From the IMG/VR virus record IMGVR_UViG_3300037963_002172: a stretch of 64,000 nt of DNA; one strand, written 5' to 3'. Origin of the DNA: an uncultured virus (IMG/VR IMGVR_UViG_3300037963_002172) (lineage: Duplodnaviria; Heunggongvirae; Uroviricota; Caudoviricetes). Under the pieces are notes generated by a model. That model made no database searches. It was not told the DNA's origin and was given only the letters and a program-made list of their open reading frames with translations. Shown here piece after piece: positions 28,201-38,400 of this stretch. The number at the start of each line of letters is the position of its first letter. Position 1 is the first letter of the stretch. A program made the translations under genes and the position numbers.

Positions 28201-30978
28201 AAGGGTGGTAGAGCTTGCGGTTCAAATGAAAACAGAAGAAGCTCTTTAAGAATGTCTGTTACAGTATTTAAAAGTGAATCAACTGTAGTTTTTGAAACAG
28301 AACCTATTGATGCAGCTCCAGGTATATTCTTTGAAGGTTCACAAACATTTGATATTACTAATAACTTTCATATGTCGGGTACCGCACCTACAGACCAAAA
28401 TCAAACTGCTACTTTACCAGCTATTATAAGTTTAGATTTTATGAATTGCTATTCATTTGGTAATGGAGTAGAAAGTTATAAAGTAAGAGATTCTATAGAA
28501 GGTAAATCAATTCAGTTAGGTAATCGTGTTTATGGTGCTAGCGAACAAATATACAAAAGAGCTCACCGATTTGCAGATATAACATATAGTGGTATATATC
28601 TGGATGAATCAAACATTAATAAACTAAACGAGTTTAATCTTGGGCTAGTAAACTTCAAACAACTAGAAGATATATATGGGCCTGTTGAAGTAATTTCAGG
28701 TAGAAAAACAGACGTTTTAACTTTGCAAGAAGATAAAGTATCTTATGTGTTAGCTGGTAAAAATTTATTATCTGACGCAGCTGGGGGTAGTGCTCTTACT
28801 TCTGTTCCTGAAGTTTTAGGAACTCAAATAGCTAGAATAGAAAAGTATGGAATAAGCAGCAACCCAGAAAGTTATACTGAGTGGGGAGCTGATAAGTTTT
28901 TTACTGATGCTAAAAGAGGAGCAGTAATACAATTAAAAGGACAAGCAGCTCGAGATGAAAATTTAGGAGTTATATCCGAAGTTGGAATGCGTGGATATTT
29001 TAGAGATTTATTTAATGAATCATTTAATTATCAAAAAATAGGTGGTTTTGACCCTTATATGAATGAGTATGTATTGAGCTTTAATACTAATCAGTTACCG
29101 CTAGATGATATATGTTATGCGTGTGGTGTATCACAAACTTTTACAGTAGTACAAGGAACACCGCAAACTTTCTGTTTTACATTAACAGAAGTCGGTGGTA
29201 ATGCTAGATTAAATTATGCGTTTGGTGACGGTAGTGGAAGTACTACAACTATAACTGCAAATTGGACAGATGCAGCAGGTAATGCTGCAACTGCTACAAG
29301 TGGTGCTGTAAATACAGACGGTTTTATTACAGTATTAAGAGACATTCCTACTATAACTAGAGTTGATGTAACTGTTACACAAACTACAGGTAATCAAGTT
29401 GTAACTTTAACACAAGATTGTCCACTAGCTGCCACATTAAACGTGGTACAAATTACTTTGACACAACCAAGCGAGGTAGGGCAATCAATATACAATCAAT
29501 ATTACTGGCAAAGATTTGCTAACCCACAGCCAGCTATTCCTACAACAGTAACACCACAGTATACTTCTGCAACTACTTCTAATTTTATTACGTTTGCATC
29601 TGGTGTGTCTGCTCCTACAGTTAGTCAATATCAAATAACTACAGGCTTGACAGGTACAGGTGAGTTTCCTCCAAGTAACGCTTATGTAGCAATACAGTCT
29701 AACAAACTCGCTCCATCTGATTTTGTTTTTTCGCCTACACTAGACTCGTTTAGATATTTAGAAAGTAACACATTATATCAAAATAATGCAACAGACATTA
29801 ATGCTTTGTTAGTGGCGGCTAGCACTACAAACGTCCAAACAGTAACAGCAGGTCAATTGTATAGAGGACAATTTGCAAGAACGCAAAATGCAACTTATTT
29901 ATATTTGATATGGGATTACCGAAGCATTCAAGCTCAGCAATTTAGGTTTGCAACAGGTACAGCTAATCCAAGTGTTGACAAGTTTAATGCTTGTTGTATT
30001 AATCCACTTCAATCTTTCTTCCCTAATGGAAGCACACTATCTTCTTCGTCAGTAGTATATCAAAATCTACAACAAACTGTTCCTGCATCAGATGGATATT
30101 ACAGTGATGGCAGTGTGGTAAGATTACAAAAATTATCTGTTTTACAACCACAAGATAATTGTTTCTGTGGTGTAGTGTGTAATAGTAACCAATTTATATT
30201 TTGGAGAGGTGCGGTGCTAAGAGTTAACAAAGCTGTTCATACATTAGGAACAAATACTGGTGCAGTAGAAATAATTTTTGACCCGTGGGATGTGCCAGTA
30301 GGTATTCAGGTTCAATACAATGGAATAAACTATAACAAATGGTATTCTATACAACACGGTGAATTATATCCAAACAGTATTAACACCCCAGTATATTTAG
30401 GTCAATCAGGATATGGAACATTACCTATAGCTGGCACATATCAAGTAGCTGAATTAACTAATACGTATCAATTTGTAGATATTCCAGGAGATACAGACTA
30501 CGTGACAGTAGGCCCTGGTTCAATAAGACTTACACCTTCTAATCCTAACGAATGTAGATTAGTAGTTCCAAAACCTGGTTCAACGGTAAATGAAATAAAA
30601 ATAACTGTGTTTAATTTAATAAGCCATAATGAATCTTTACAAAAAAATTATAGAGTAAGTTGTCCTACGAATTTTACAGCACACCCTGCAAGTGCTATCA
30701 CAAGAAGTACAGATACAGCAGCGTGTTTAGATTCAAAAACAATTAACATATACATAAGACCAGGTACTAGTATAGGTGTAAACTCACAGATATACGCAAA
30801 TGAATTTGGAGATTTAGCGGTTAACACCGACCCTACTTCACCAGGTTATGGTAACAGATTATACAGTGCAGGTGGTTGGATTAGAATTGACCAAGGTGGT
30901 TCACCAGGTAATTTTACTGCAATACAGTTGAGTGATGATAGTATGGTAATAGCAGCAAATACTAACTGTGCACCTTAA
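25270..30978 (+). CDS. Tail nozzle/stabilisation protein with C-terminal extension
   Basis: F..G.MNK..DERL.P.GEY..A.N start; propeller-like repeats; YGISSNPES. Confidence 0.7.
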   Translation: MAKTTRNFIQGRMNKSVDERLVPQGEYIHAQNVRLGSTENSEIGSVENSKGNELLVTPRFNGTAHAWQCLGCYADSANETIYWFIHASLTGVGATSKMDMIVSYNTLTQVETNHIVSIDDGGGSNTTLNFNPTYLINGVNKVDNLLFFTDNFNPPRFIDVDARYALPSGNIDGFNAEDILVIKKPPVAAPTLELFDTAEEETYLEERFICFAYRYRYANNEYSATSQWTLPAFTPQTFNLSLESTLNEGMVNQFNACRISYNTGSSLVKEIQILFKESDSNTIKVIESFNKQELGFGDNNIQTVLFDNSKIFTILADSEILRLYDNVPLLAKAQTIMGNRLMYGNYYEGYDLVNSAGNSIVFDYIADLVSVNIQRSELNTATTSSTYNIDCTSGSPASVSVGNSLLTTHLTDDGLSTGDPLDLKANSILEFEIEFQHSIYGGNTSGSFSAPTTTTPQTNLTISFVLPRDYTSAFDLGTSEEFLAFMGNPLNIQTVANCASGITMTDEFNCSLPAQQSGASGGSNTTLSKCWSGTQDLSCSGNTTSPFSTQFATLGVSTDNTSSTFLGIQLMAMAYTDTCPQTGGSVATQVVYEYYEIVLSQASFQSTVRTGSLKSNRNYEAAIVYMDEFNRSSTPIVSAFNTVAVPCSAAPNKNSIKITIPSTMNPPSWATTYKFVVQPDRSTYHTIYSNLFFKDPNTTRVWFLLEGENAQKVEKGDRLIVKRDTNGATTNCIYTTVLEKEVQIQDFIKIPIAGTSPVLYESIPPGAYVALTPTNWAANVSENTIFNPGTAGFKSDCNFLSNPSIASCCGPDGYYVLSVFDQTVSTPSNTSPQYKDVDIPQGSTINMSFEFKRRGPGDGNRNCERVIYNLELKNLVSQNNYANFYDWFTGDNIESLLNTGAWEVGDSGADGSFQLIDWPVTGEPIYYGDTATLCQTVQTVTNSSVMGEAVKDFKMMFFRVNNAAGNANSDNRLGMFVKGGRACGSNENRRSSLRMSVTVFKSESTVVFETEPIDAAPGIFFEGSQTFDITNNFHMSGTAPTDQNQTATLPAIISLDFMNCYSFGNGVESYKVRDSIEGKSIQLGNRVYGASEQIYKRAHRFADITYSGIYLDESNINKLNEFNLGLVNFKQLEDIYGPVEVISGRKTDVLTLQEDKVSYVLAGKNLLSDAAGGSALTSVPEVLGTQIARIEKYGISSNPESYTEWGADKFFTDAKRGAVIQLKGQAARDENLGVISEVGMRGYFRDLFNESFNYQKIGGFDPYMNEYVLSFNTNQLPLDDICYACGVSQTFTVVQGTPQTFCFTLTEVGGNARLNYAFGDGSGSTTTITANWTDAAGNAATATSGAVNTDGFITVLRDIPTITRVDVTVTQTTGNQVVTLTQDCPLAATLNVVQITLTQPSEVGQSIYNQYYWQRFANPQPAIPTTVTPQYTSATTSNFITFASGVSAPTVSQYQITTGLTGTGEFPPSNAYVAIQSNKLAPSDFVFSPTLDSFRYLESNTLYQNNATDINALLVAASTTNVQTVTAGQLYRGQFARTQNATYLYLIWDYRSIQAQQFRFATGTANPSVDKFNACCINPLQSFFPNGSTLSSSSVVYQNLQQTVPASDGYYSDGSVVRLQKLSVLQPQDNCFCGVVCNSNQFIFWRGAVLRVNKAVHTLGTNTGAVEIIFDPWDVPVGIQVQYNGINYNKWYSIQHGELYPNSINTPVYLGQSGYGTLPIAGTYQVAELTNTYQFVDIPGDTDYVTVGPGSIRLTPSNPNECRLVVPKPGSTVNEIKITVFNLISHNESLQKNYRVSCPTNFTAHPASAITRSTDTAACLDSKTINIYIRPGTSIGVNSQIYANEFGDLAVNTDPTSPGYGNRLYSAGGWIRIDQGGSPGNFTAIQLSDDSMVIAANTNCAP

Positions 30979-30996
30979 AATTTAAAAAATAAAATT

Positions 30997-31830
30997 ATGT
31001 CAGTAACATTTAGTGCCCAAACCGTAACATATAGCGAATCAGTAACTGGTTGGCCATCTTTCTATACTTTTATACCAGAAAAAATAGTTGGTATGAATGG
31101 CTTTTTATATACTTTTAAAAATGGCAGACTGTATAGACACAACTCAAATGTATCAAATAGAAATACTTATTATGGTGTGTTCGGGCCTTCTATAATGAAA
31201 TCTGTTTTTAATGAAGCTCCATTAGAAAACAAAGTATTTAAAACTATTGGAATTCAATCAGATGATGCTTGGTCTGTAACAATGACTTCAGATATACAAA
31301 CAACAGGTTTTATTAGTGGCAACACTAATGCTGGACAAGATAACTTTTTTGTACAAAAAGAAGGAGAATGGTTTGCTTTTTTAAGAAACAATGAAGCCAA
31401 TCCTTTATCAGGAGACTTTCCTTTACGTTCAGTTCAAGGTATTGGAGTGCAAAGAATCAGAACAGGAGTAGGAACTAACAACTGTGTCTTAACATTTCCA
31501 ACAGATATAGCTCTTGATTCTATGATAAATCAAGGCGACTTTTTATACTACGCTGTTGCACCGTTTACTGGTACTAACACCCCTATAGGAGGCGGTGAAA
31601 TTTTACAAGTAGATTTTGGTAACAATTTTATACAAATAAATAATACTGGTGGAGGCACTACTCCTTTACCCGCATCTGGTATAGAAGCATATATAATGTA
31701 CATAAAAAACCCTATAGCTGAGTCTCACGGTATTTTAGGACATTACGCTGAATTTGTACTTACAAATGAAAATACTTCAGCAGTTGAGCTCTTTGCAGTT
31801 GATTCTGACGTTATGAAAAGTTTCCCTTAA
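30997..31830 (+). CDS. Tail protein; probable separated C-terminal part of the nozzle
   Basis: TVTYSE...GWPSFY.F.PE...LYTFKNG.LY.HN. Confidence 0.6.
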   Translation: MSVTFSAQTVTYSESVTGWPSFYTFIPEKIVGMNGFLYTFKNGRLYRHNSNVSNRNTYYGVFGPSIMKSVFNEAPLENKVFKTIGIQSDDAWSVTMTSDIQTTGFISGNTNAGQDNFFVQKEGEWFAFLRNNEANPLSGDFPLRSVQGIGVQRIRTGVGTNNCVLTFPTDIALDSMINQGDFLYYAVAPFTGTNTPIGGGEILQVDFGNNFIQINNTGGGTTPLPASGIEAYIMYIKNPIAESHGILGHYAEFVLTNENTSAVELFAVDSDVMKSFP

Positions 31831-31836
31831 AATTAG

Positions 31837-31844
31837 TATCTTTG
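31837..31844 (+). promoter_or_regulatory. Bacteroidota -7 promoter element
   Basis: TATCTTTG, intergenic. Confidence 0.7.
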
Positions 31845-31858
31845 TGATAATTATTTAG

Positions 31859-32413
31859 ATGAGTAATAAAGAAACTTTGATAGCTGAACAAGTTTTAGGA
31901 GGTATTCCTCAACTCACTGGAGTTATGTGGGATAAAATAAAAACATTTCAGCAACGGTTAAACACTCTTGAAGGGTGTATGAATCACGAAGCGGGCACAG
32001 AGCAAAGTGAAGAATTGAAAAATAATCTTCCTTTGAAGCAGCATCTGGAAGGTGGTTTGTATACAAGAGAAATATTTATGCCAAAAGGTGCGGTTGTTGT
32101 AAGTATGATACATAAACAAAACCATCCATCTTTTGTTTTAAAAGGGGTGGTTTCTTATTTAGACGATAAAGGTGTTGTGAGGACAGTAACAGGCCCTCAT
32201 AAAATTTTTACAAAAATAGGAACTCAAAGAGTATTGTACATACACGAAGATACCACTTGGTGTTGTGTATATAAAACTAATGCTAAAACTTTTGTTGAAG
32301 CTGAAGCAGATGTTTATACAAATGATTATAACGACCTTCCTAAAAAGGTTATAAAAGAAATAAAGAAAATATGGCAGGAGCAGCAACAGCAATTATTGCA
32401 GGAGTCGGTTTAG
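31859..32413 (+). CDS. Cupin-fold protein
   Basis: H...GLYTREIFMPKG.VVVS.IHKQNH..FVLKG ... GTQRVLYIHEDT. Confidence 0.7.
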   Translation: MSNKETLIAEQVLGGIPQLTGVMWDKIKTFQQRLNTLEGCMNHEAGTEQSEELKNNLPLKQHLEGGLYTREIFMPKGAVVVSMIHKQNHPSFVLKGVVSYLDDKGVVRTVTGPHKIFTKIGTQRVLYIHEDTTWCCVYKTNAKTFVEAEADVYTNDYNDLPKKVIKEIKKIWQEQQQQLLQESV

Positions 32414-33342
32414 TAATGTCAGCCACTGGTATGGCATTGAATTTCTCAGCAGCAGCTAGGGCTAGAAGAGCTCAAGCAGATGCTGAATACGATGCAGCTA
32501 ATGCTATGAAAAAAGCTAGAGAAAGATTAAATGTAAATTTTTATGAAAATCTAGCTATTAACAAAGAAGCATATGAACTTGAAAGAGAAGCATTGCTATC
32601 TGCGGGAGCACAAGCAACTGCGGCAGGTGCAGAGAGCGAAAGGGGTGCAGCAGCTGTTGCTGGTCGAGTATTAGCAGCACAAAATCAAGCACAAGCAAAA
32701 CAAAGAGTAGCTATGAGCAAAGAACAAAAAGCTTTAGATGCTATGATAGCTAAAGAAGATTCCAGATTACGTGATGTAAATGTACAGTTAGATTTAGAAG
32801 AGGTTGCTGGTGCACAAGCCGCAGCAGGTAGAGCAGAACAGCAAGCGGGACAATATCAAGCGGCAGCGGTGCAAGGAGCTTTAGATACAGCTAAAGCTGG
32901 TTTAACATTTGGTGATGCACTAGACCAAGCAAAAGCGGCAAGAGGTGGAGATTTTGCAGAAATAGGCTCAAGGTTTGATAGTAAAGAAGGAATATTTAGA
33001 AGAAAGGATGCTCCAGGAACTTTAGCTTCTAATTTGCAAGGTTTTTCTCAAAGTGAAGCAGGAAAAAAACTAGGGTTTGGAGACACTGATTTTACAAGCA
33101 CATTGGAAATAGCAGACAGACCTGCTATAAACCCTGACACAAATCAGTCTCAACTATCAGGGCAAGCAGCAATGCAAGAAGCATTACTAAAGCAACTAGG
33201 CCCACAAGGAGTAAAAGAATTTGAAAGATATTTAAAGCAACAAGCCAGAATTGGTATCATACCTGGTATAGATGGTCAAGACATAGTAGACGAATCGACA
33301 TCATTAGGAGCAGTAGGTTTTACCGATGGTATGTTTGCATAA
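32371..33342 (+). CDS. Internal virion / ejection protein 1
   Basis: Gly/Ala hydrophobic N-terminus; Ala/Gln-rich coiled coil; position. Confidence 0.65.
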   Translation: MAGAATAIIAGVGLVMSATGMALNFSAAARARRAQADAEYDAANAMKKARERLNVNFYENLAINKEAYELEREALLSAGAQATAAGAESERGAAAVAGRVLAAQNQAQAKQRVAMSKEQKALDAMIAKEDSRLRDVNVQLDLEEVAGAQAAAGRAEQQAGQYQAAAVQGALDTAKAGLTFGDALDQAKAARGGDFAEIGSRFDSKEGIFRRKDAPGTLASNLQGFSQSEAGKKLGFGDTDFTSTLEIADRPAINPDTNQSQLSGQAAMQEALLKQLGPQGVKEFERYLKQQARIGIIPGIDGQDIVDESTSLGAVGFTDGMFA

Positions 33343-33354
33343 AATTTAATTAGT

Positions 33355-35481
33355 ATGGCAAAAACTTATTATGGATATGCACAGAGAGAAGTAGCAGAAG
33401 GAGTAGACTGGAGCGGTGTCGCTCGTAAGTTTACTAATATGCTCGAAGATGAAGTAAAGTTAAGAGAGGAAAGACAAGCTGCATTAGACAAAGCCGACAG
33501 TGATTTAGCTACATTACTACAAACTGCTCCAAACGGCCAGACTGAAGAACTTCATAATTATATGTTAGACTTTGCAAACAATGCGTCTAATTACCAGTTA
33601 ATGCTTAAACGTTCTGTAGATGCTGGTAATATGAGTAGAAAACAATACACGCAAGGTATAAACAATTTAATGGCAGGTACCAACCAAGCTATTACTATGG
33701 TTAATAAATTTAACGAAGTTCTTAAGAACAGAGAGGAAAAAATCAAAAACGGTACTATGTCCGCTAAAATGTTATATGAAACTGAACTAATACAAGGTTT
33801 TAATGATTTTAGTAATACCGCTCTATATATAGACCCAATTACATTTAAAGTATCACAAGGAAAAACAGTTACCAAAAACGGTGTTAGAACTATGTCTAGT
33901 AACACAGGAGACTTTAGGCCTATCAGCACAATGCTGAGCTGGATGGGTGAAGACTATGATAAGTTTGATATGAGTGCTGCTGTTACAGATATAGCTGGAA
34001 ATATGGCTACTACATATGAACAGATAGTTAATAAGGGGGGTGTAGGCGAGGTAGATGATGTGCGTTTAAATGCACAGTACGAAAAAGCTTTAGATAACTA
34101 TGTTAACTCATATATCGCTGACCCTAGAAATGTAGCTAGTATATTAGCTGATTATAGTGGTGTATCTCCAAACGGTGTAGCTTGGGAGTTTACAACAGAC
34201 AAAAAATTAAAAGACAAAGAAAATTTTATTTACATACAGCCAAACAAAAAAGGTGGGTACGATATAGATTTAGATTCTAAACACGGTAAGAGATTACAAG
34301 AATTAGCTGGAGAATATTTAAAAGCTTCTGTAGATGTTAAGTTGCCAAGAAAAGTATCAGGACAAACAACAAGTGGTAAATTTGATAAAGACTATGCTGC
34401 CTATGTAAGCGAACTTAGTATGGATGCTCGTAGTGCTGCAAACTGGATGACTCTGCAAAACGCAGAAAATTTAGAGGAATGGACTTCAGCTAAAAACTTC
34501 TGGTTAGGAAAACAAATCAAATCTGGAAACGACTTTGTTACTATTGCTGACATTAAAATTAATGATAATAACGATGGTATTGAGTTAGTAATAAACCAAA
34601 AAGAAGGTGGTCAAAAAACTATACCTGCAAGTTTTGGTAGTAACGATGCGTGGTTAAACCAAGGAGCTGGTGGAGTCTTACAAGGTATTAACGTAGATGG
34701 TCTTAAAGGAACCAAACAATTCCAACCTTTTATGACGGGTAGTAGAGCAATAGGAGAAAACAATGTTCCTGTAAACTGGTCTTCTTCAGGAGTTACTAAT
34801 CAGGGTATAAACTATGAAAACTTAGAAGTAGTTACTAAAGGTGGTGGTACTGAAGACGAACAAGTAGGTAGTGCATTAGATTTAATTAATGTAACTGAAT
34901 ATAATTCAGCTGATGATGTTATTAGCGTAGTAAATACTATCTTTAATTCAACACCTGCTAACAACCGACAAATGTTATCAGACGTAAGTTTATCACCAGT
35001 AGAGTTTAAGGGTACATCATACGCAGAAATATATTACCCTGCATTTATGTCGGCACCTATATATATTAATGCAGAAGAAGTAAACCCTAACACGTTTAAT
35101 GCTATTATGAAACAACTATATGATGCGTCTGCAAAACAAGAATTTTTAAGACCTAATGATTTCAAAGGTGTCTTAGGTGATGAGTGGGTTAATCAAGAAA
35201 CCATTATGACTGATAGAATTAAGAAGGGTGAAATTCCTGAATCAGGAAGAAATCAAAACCCAGTAACTTGGAATGGTGGTGATGGTAGAATGATACTAAC
35301 TAATAGAATTCAAAAAGAAAATCCGTTAGTACCAAAAGACATAGAGATAGCTGGATATGTAATAGGTGAAAAACCAAACCCTCAAAAAATTAAAGAAGCT
35401 AATCCTAATTCTTCGTTTACACAAATTATTAATTTAGTAAAACAAGCAGAAGAACATTATAAATTATATGGTAATAAATAA
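33355..35481 (+). CDS. Internal virion / ejection protein 2
   Basis: Position between ejection protein 1 and the giant protein; helical N-terminus. Confidence 0.55.
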   Translation: MAKTYYGYAQREVAEGVDWSGVARKFTNMLEDEVKLREERQAALDKADSDLATLLQTAPNGQTEELHNYMLDFANNASNYQLMLKRSVDAGNMSRKQYTQGINNLMAGTNQAITMVNKFNEVLKNREEKIKNGTMSAKMLYETELIQGFNDFSNTALYIDPITFKVSQGKTVTKNGVRTMSSNTGDFRPISTMLSWMGEDYDKFDMSAAVTDIAGNMATTYEQIVNKGGVGEVDDVRLNAQYEKALDNYVNSYIADPRNVASILADYSGVSPNGVAWEFTTDKKLKDKENFIYIQPNKKGGYDIDLDSKHGKRLQELAGEYLKASVDVKLPRKVSGQTTSGKFDKDYAAYVSELSMDARSAANWMTLQNAENLEEWTSAKNFWLGKQIKSGNDFVTIADIKINDNNDGIELVINQKEGGQKTIPASFGSNDAWLNQGAGGVLQGINVDGLKGTKQFQPFMTGSRAIGENNVPVNWSSSGVTNQGINYENLEVVTKGGGTEDEQVGSALDLINVTEYNSADDVISVVNTIFNSTPANNRQMLSDVSLSPVEFKGTSYAEIYYPAFMSAPIYINAEEVNPNTFNAIMKQLYDASAKQEFLRPNDFKGVLGDEWVNQETIMTDRIKKGEIPESGRNQNPVTWNGGDGRMILTNRIQKENPLVPKDIEIAGYVIGEKPNPQKIKEANPNSSFTQIINLVKQAEEHYKLYGNK

Positions 35482-35489
35482 TTTACGCT

Positions 35490-38400
35490 ATGGAAGAGTT
35501 AAATTTTTCTAACGTATATGAGGTATTAGAATCACCTGATATGTTCACTTCTCCTGAACAACTGACGGAGTTTTTTGGGAGTGATTACACTTCTGAAGAC
35601 GTGTACTCTGTTGTGAACAAAGATATCTTTCCAACCCTACAATCTTTCCAAGAGTTTTTTGAATTACCTATGACTAATCCAGCAGGTGAGGTAATGGACT
35701 TTTCAGAAGAAGACAGAGGCCCTAGTGGAGTTATAGATTGGTTTACAGCCACTACTAAAAAGTTGTTAGGTAAAGACCCTGAGTCACAAAAAGATTTTAA
35801 GCAACAAGAAACAAGAGCTGGAGAGTATCTAGATGAGGCAGGATATCAAGTTGTTGATGGCGAAATAGTATACAAGACTGGTGAAGCTCCAGAGATAGCT
35901 ACGATGGATATGCGTCAACAACCCACCACGCCTAAGAAAAAAAAAACAAAAGCCGAGGTTGCTCAAGACTTAAGAGATTCTTTAGAAATAAAATATGACC
36001 CAGCAGATTATATTAAAAACTATCCTGCACCTAACGACCAAACTGTAAACCCAGAAGGTAAACCTAAATTTGAAACAATGGAAGAGTACCAAGCTTTCAT
36101 TGAGAAAGAAGTAAATAAAGGAGTAAATACAATTATATTTAGTGCTGGAGAAAAAGGTGAAGAGATATTTGCTTTTGACCCTAACAGCGATGAAGCATTA
36201 CAAAGTAATTTAAGCACAGTTGTAAACCGAATAGGGTTTACTGCAACTGAAAGTCCTCTTGCATTAAAAAATTACCAAGACAACTATCAAAAAGATTTAC
36301 GAGCAGCTATATCTAAATACGGTTTTCTTGTAGAGAAACCAATATCTTATGATACTGGCACGGGTAGTGTTAGTGAATTTTTAGACCCTACAACACTAAG
36401 TCTCGATAATTTAAAAAAAGAACTTGAGGGTAAAAGAGAAACTATCGCTACAAAAAACCCTGAAAAATATTTAACCATTACTTCTTTAGATGGAAACGAC
36501 CAGTTTAATTTAAACATAGTAGACCCAACCGATGAAGAATTAAAACTTTTTACACAGTTTGTAAATGATAAATCTCGTTTTCCTAGTGAACCCAACCCTG
36601 ATGAAAGCAATATTGCTAAAGCATTAGATGTTAAAGAATCTAGAACAGGTGCACGTTTTAATTTAGAGACAGGAGATTATTCTTCAGTCAATATGATTAG
36701 TGTTGAAATAGACGGTAAGTATTATGCTATGCCTTCACTATATCCTAAAGACCCTAACATACAGTCTACATATTCTGATAGATGGATTGAGTTCGACCCT
36801 GAAACTCAATTAGAAGAAATAATACAAATGGCTAATGAACGGGGAGAAAAGTATGCTTTTGAAACACAAGAAGAAGCAGAAGCTTTTGCGGCAGGGTCTT
36901 GGAAAGATTACAATACAGTAGATTTAGAAAAAGAAAGATTCTTTCAAGCCAATGGTTTTGAGGATTATGATGGTATGATGGAGGCAGTCAACGACTATGA
37001 TGCTATAAGGGACGAAATAATGTTAATCAATGAAATTCAAGGAATTTCCGATGCATCACAGTTTGGAAAAAGAATTGCCAGAGGTTTGGGAGCAAGTGAA
37101 GAAGACCTAGTTACTACTCAAGATGGTATTAATATAGGAGGTCAAGTAGCACTTGACCCAGAAACTAAAATAACTATAGGTTATTTCGATAGATATAAAA
37201 TGAAAATGTTTACAGGAGATGCACCTCTTGGTTCTAATTTTACGAAAATCTATGGAGGAGAAGAATTAACTGTTGATGAAGCCACTGTTGCTCGATACCC
37301 ACAACTTTTTAATTCTGACGGAACAATGAAAGCTGAGTGGAGAGACAGAAAGGTAGAGCTTGAAAGAATGAGAGACAATCTTTACAACATAACACAAGAT
37401 GAAAAGTTTCAAGAAGTTAGTTTAAAATGGGACTTAGAAGCAGCAAAGAGAAGAGAAGCATATACTTTAGATGCAGTTAGAACAAATAGAAATGCTAATA
37501 TGGGGTTAAAAGCTCTTGACCAGTACAGCATAGAAATGTTTGGTGTAACGTCAAAAGAGTTAGAAAACTATAGATTAAATAATCTTGAAAATTTAAGCGA
37601 ACAACAATTAGAAATAATAGATTATATAGCATTAGCCAAAGGAGAGTTGGATACTCAAAAAATTTATGCAGCAGACCAGTATGTAGTAAGTCAAACATAT
37701 TTAGATTCTAAATCAATTAAAGAAGCACAAGGTATAGTGCTTGAAGGTTTTTGGCCTCAAGTAAAAAATGAATGGGTAACCCGTGGTGAAAGAGGTAAGG
37801 CCGCAGAATTAATACTGGCTATGTCTTTATTTGGTGACGACCCTACAAAAATACAAGAAATAAACGGTATGAGTAGGGAAGAAGTAGCAAAGGAGATTGC
37901 GAAGTATTTAGAAAACTCTGTTACTAAAAGCCAAGGTATGAGCAAAGAAATGCTTGAATGGAATAAAGCAAAAGGCTGGACAGAAACAATGGATGTGTTT
38001 ATGGATAATCCTCTGGATATGTCTGTTTCATTAGCAGCTGGTTCTTTTTCAGAAATGTTACCCTACGGTTTAAAAATTATCCCAGGGTTTGGTATTGTAG
38101 GGGGTGCACTAGGTTTTGAAGAATCTTTATACAGACGTAAAGGAAGAAGAACACGTGGTCAAACTACAGGACAAAGAGTTATTGGCGGTGGTGGTAGAAC
38201 TAAATTTCTTAGAGAAAATGCTGACTTAGTTTACGGAACTTTATCAGGAACTGTAAAAGGAACAATGCTTGGAGGTTCTGCTACTATATTAGCAATGGAA
38301 TACTCAAACGCTGTGTTTGAAGCAGCAACTCTCAATGGCTATGATATATTTGACGCAGAAGAAATGTTGATGGCCCTCAATGACCCAAATGTTTGGAATG

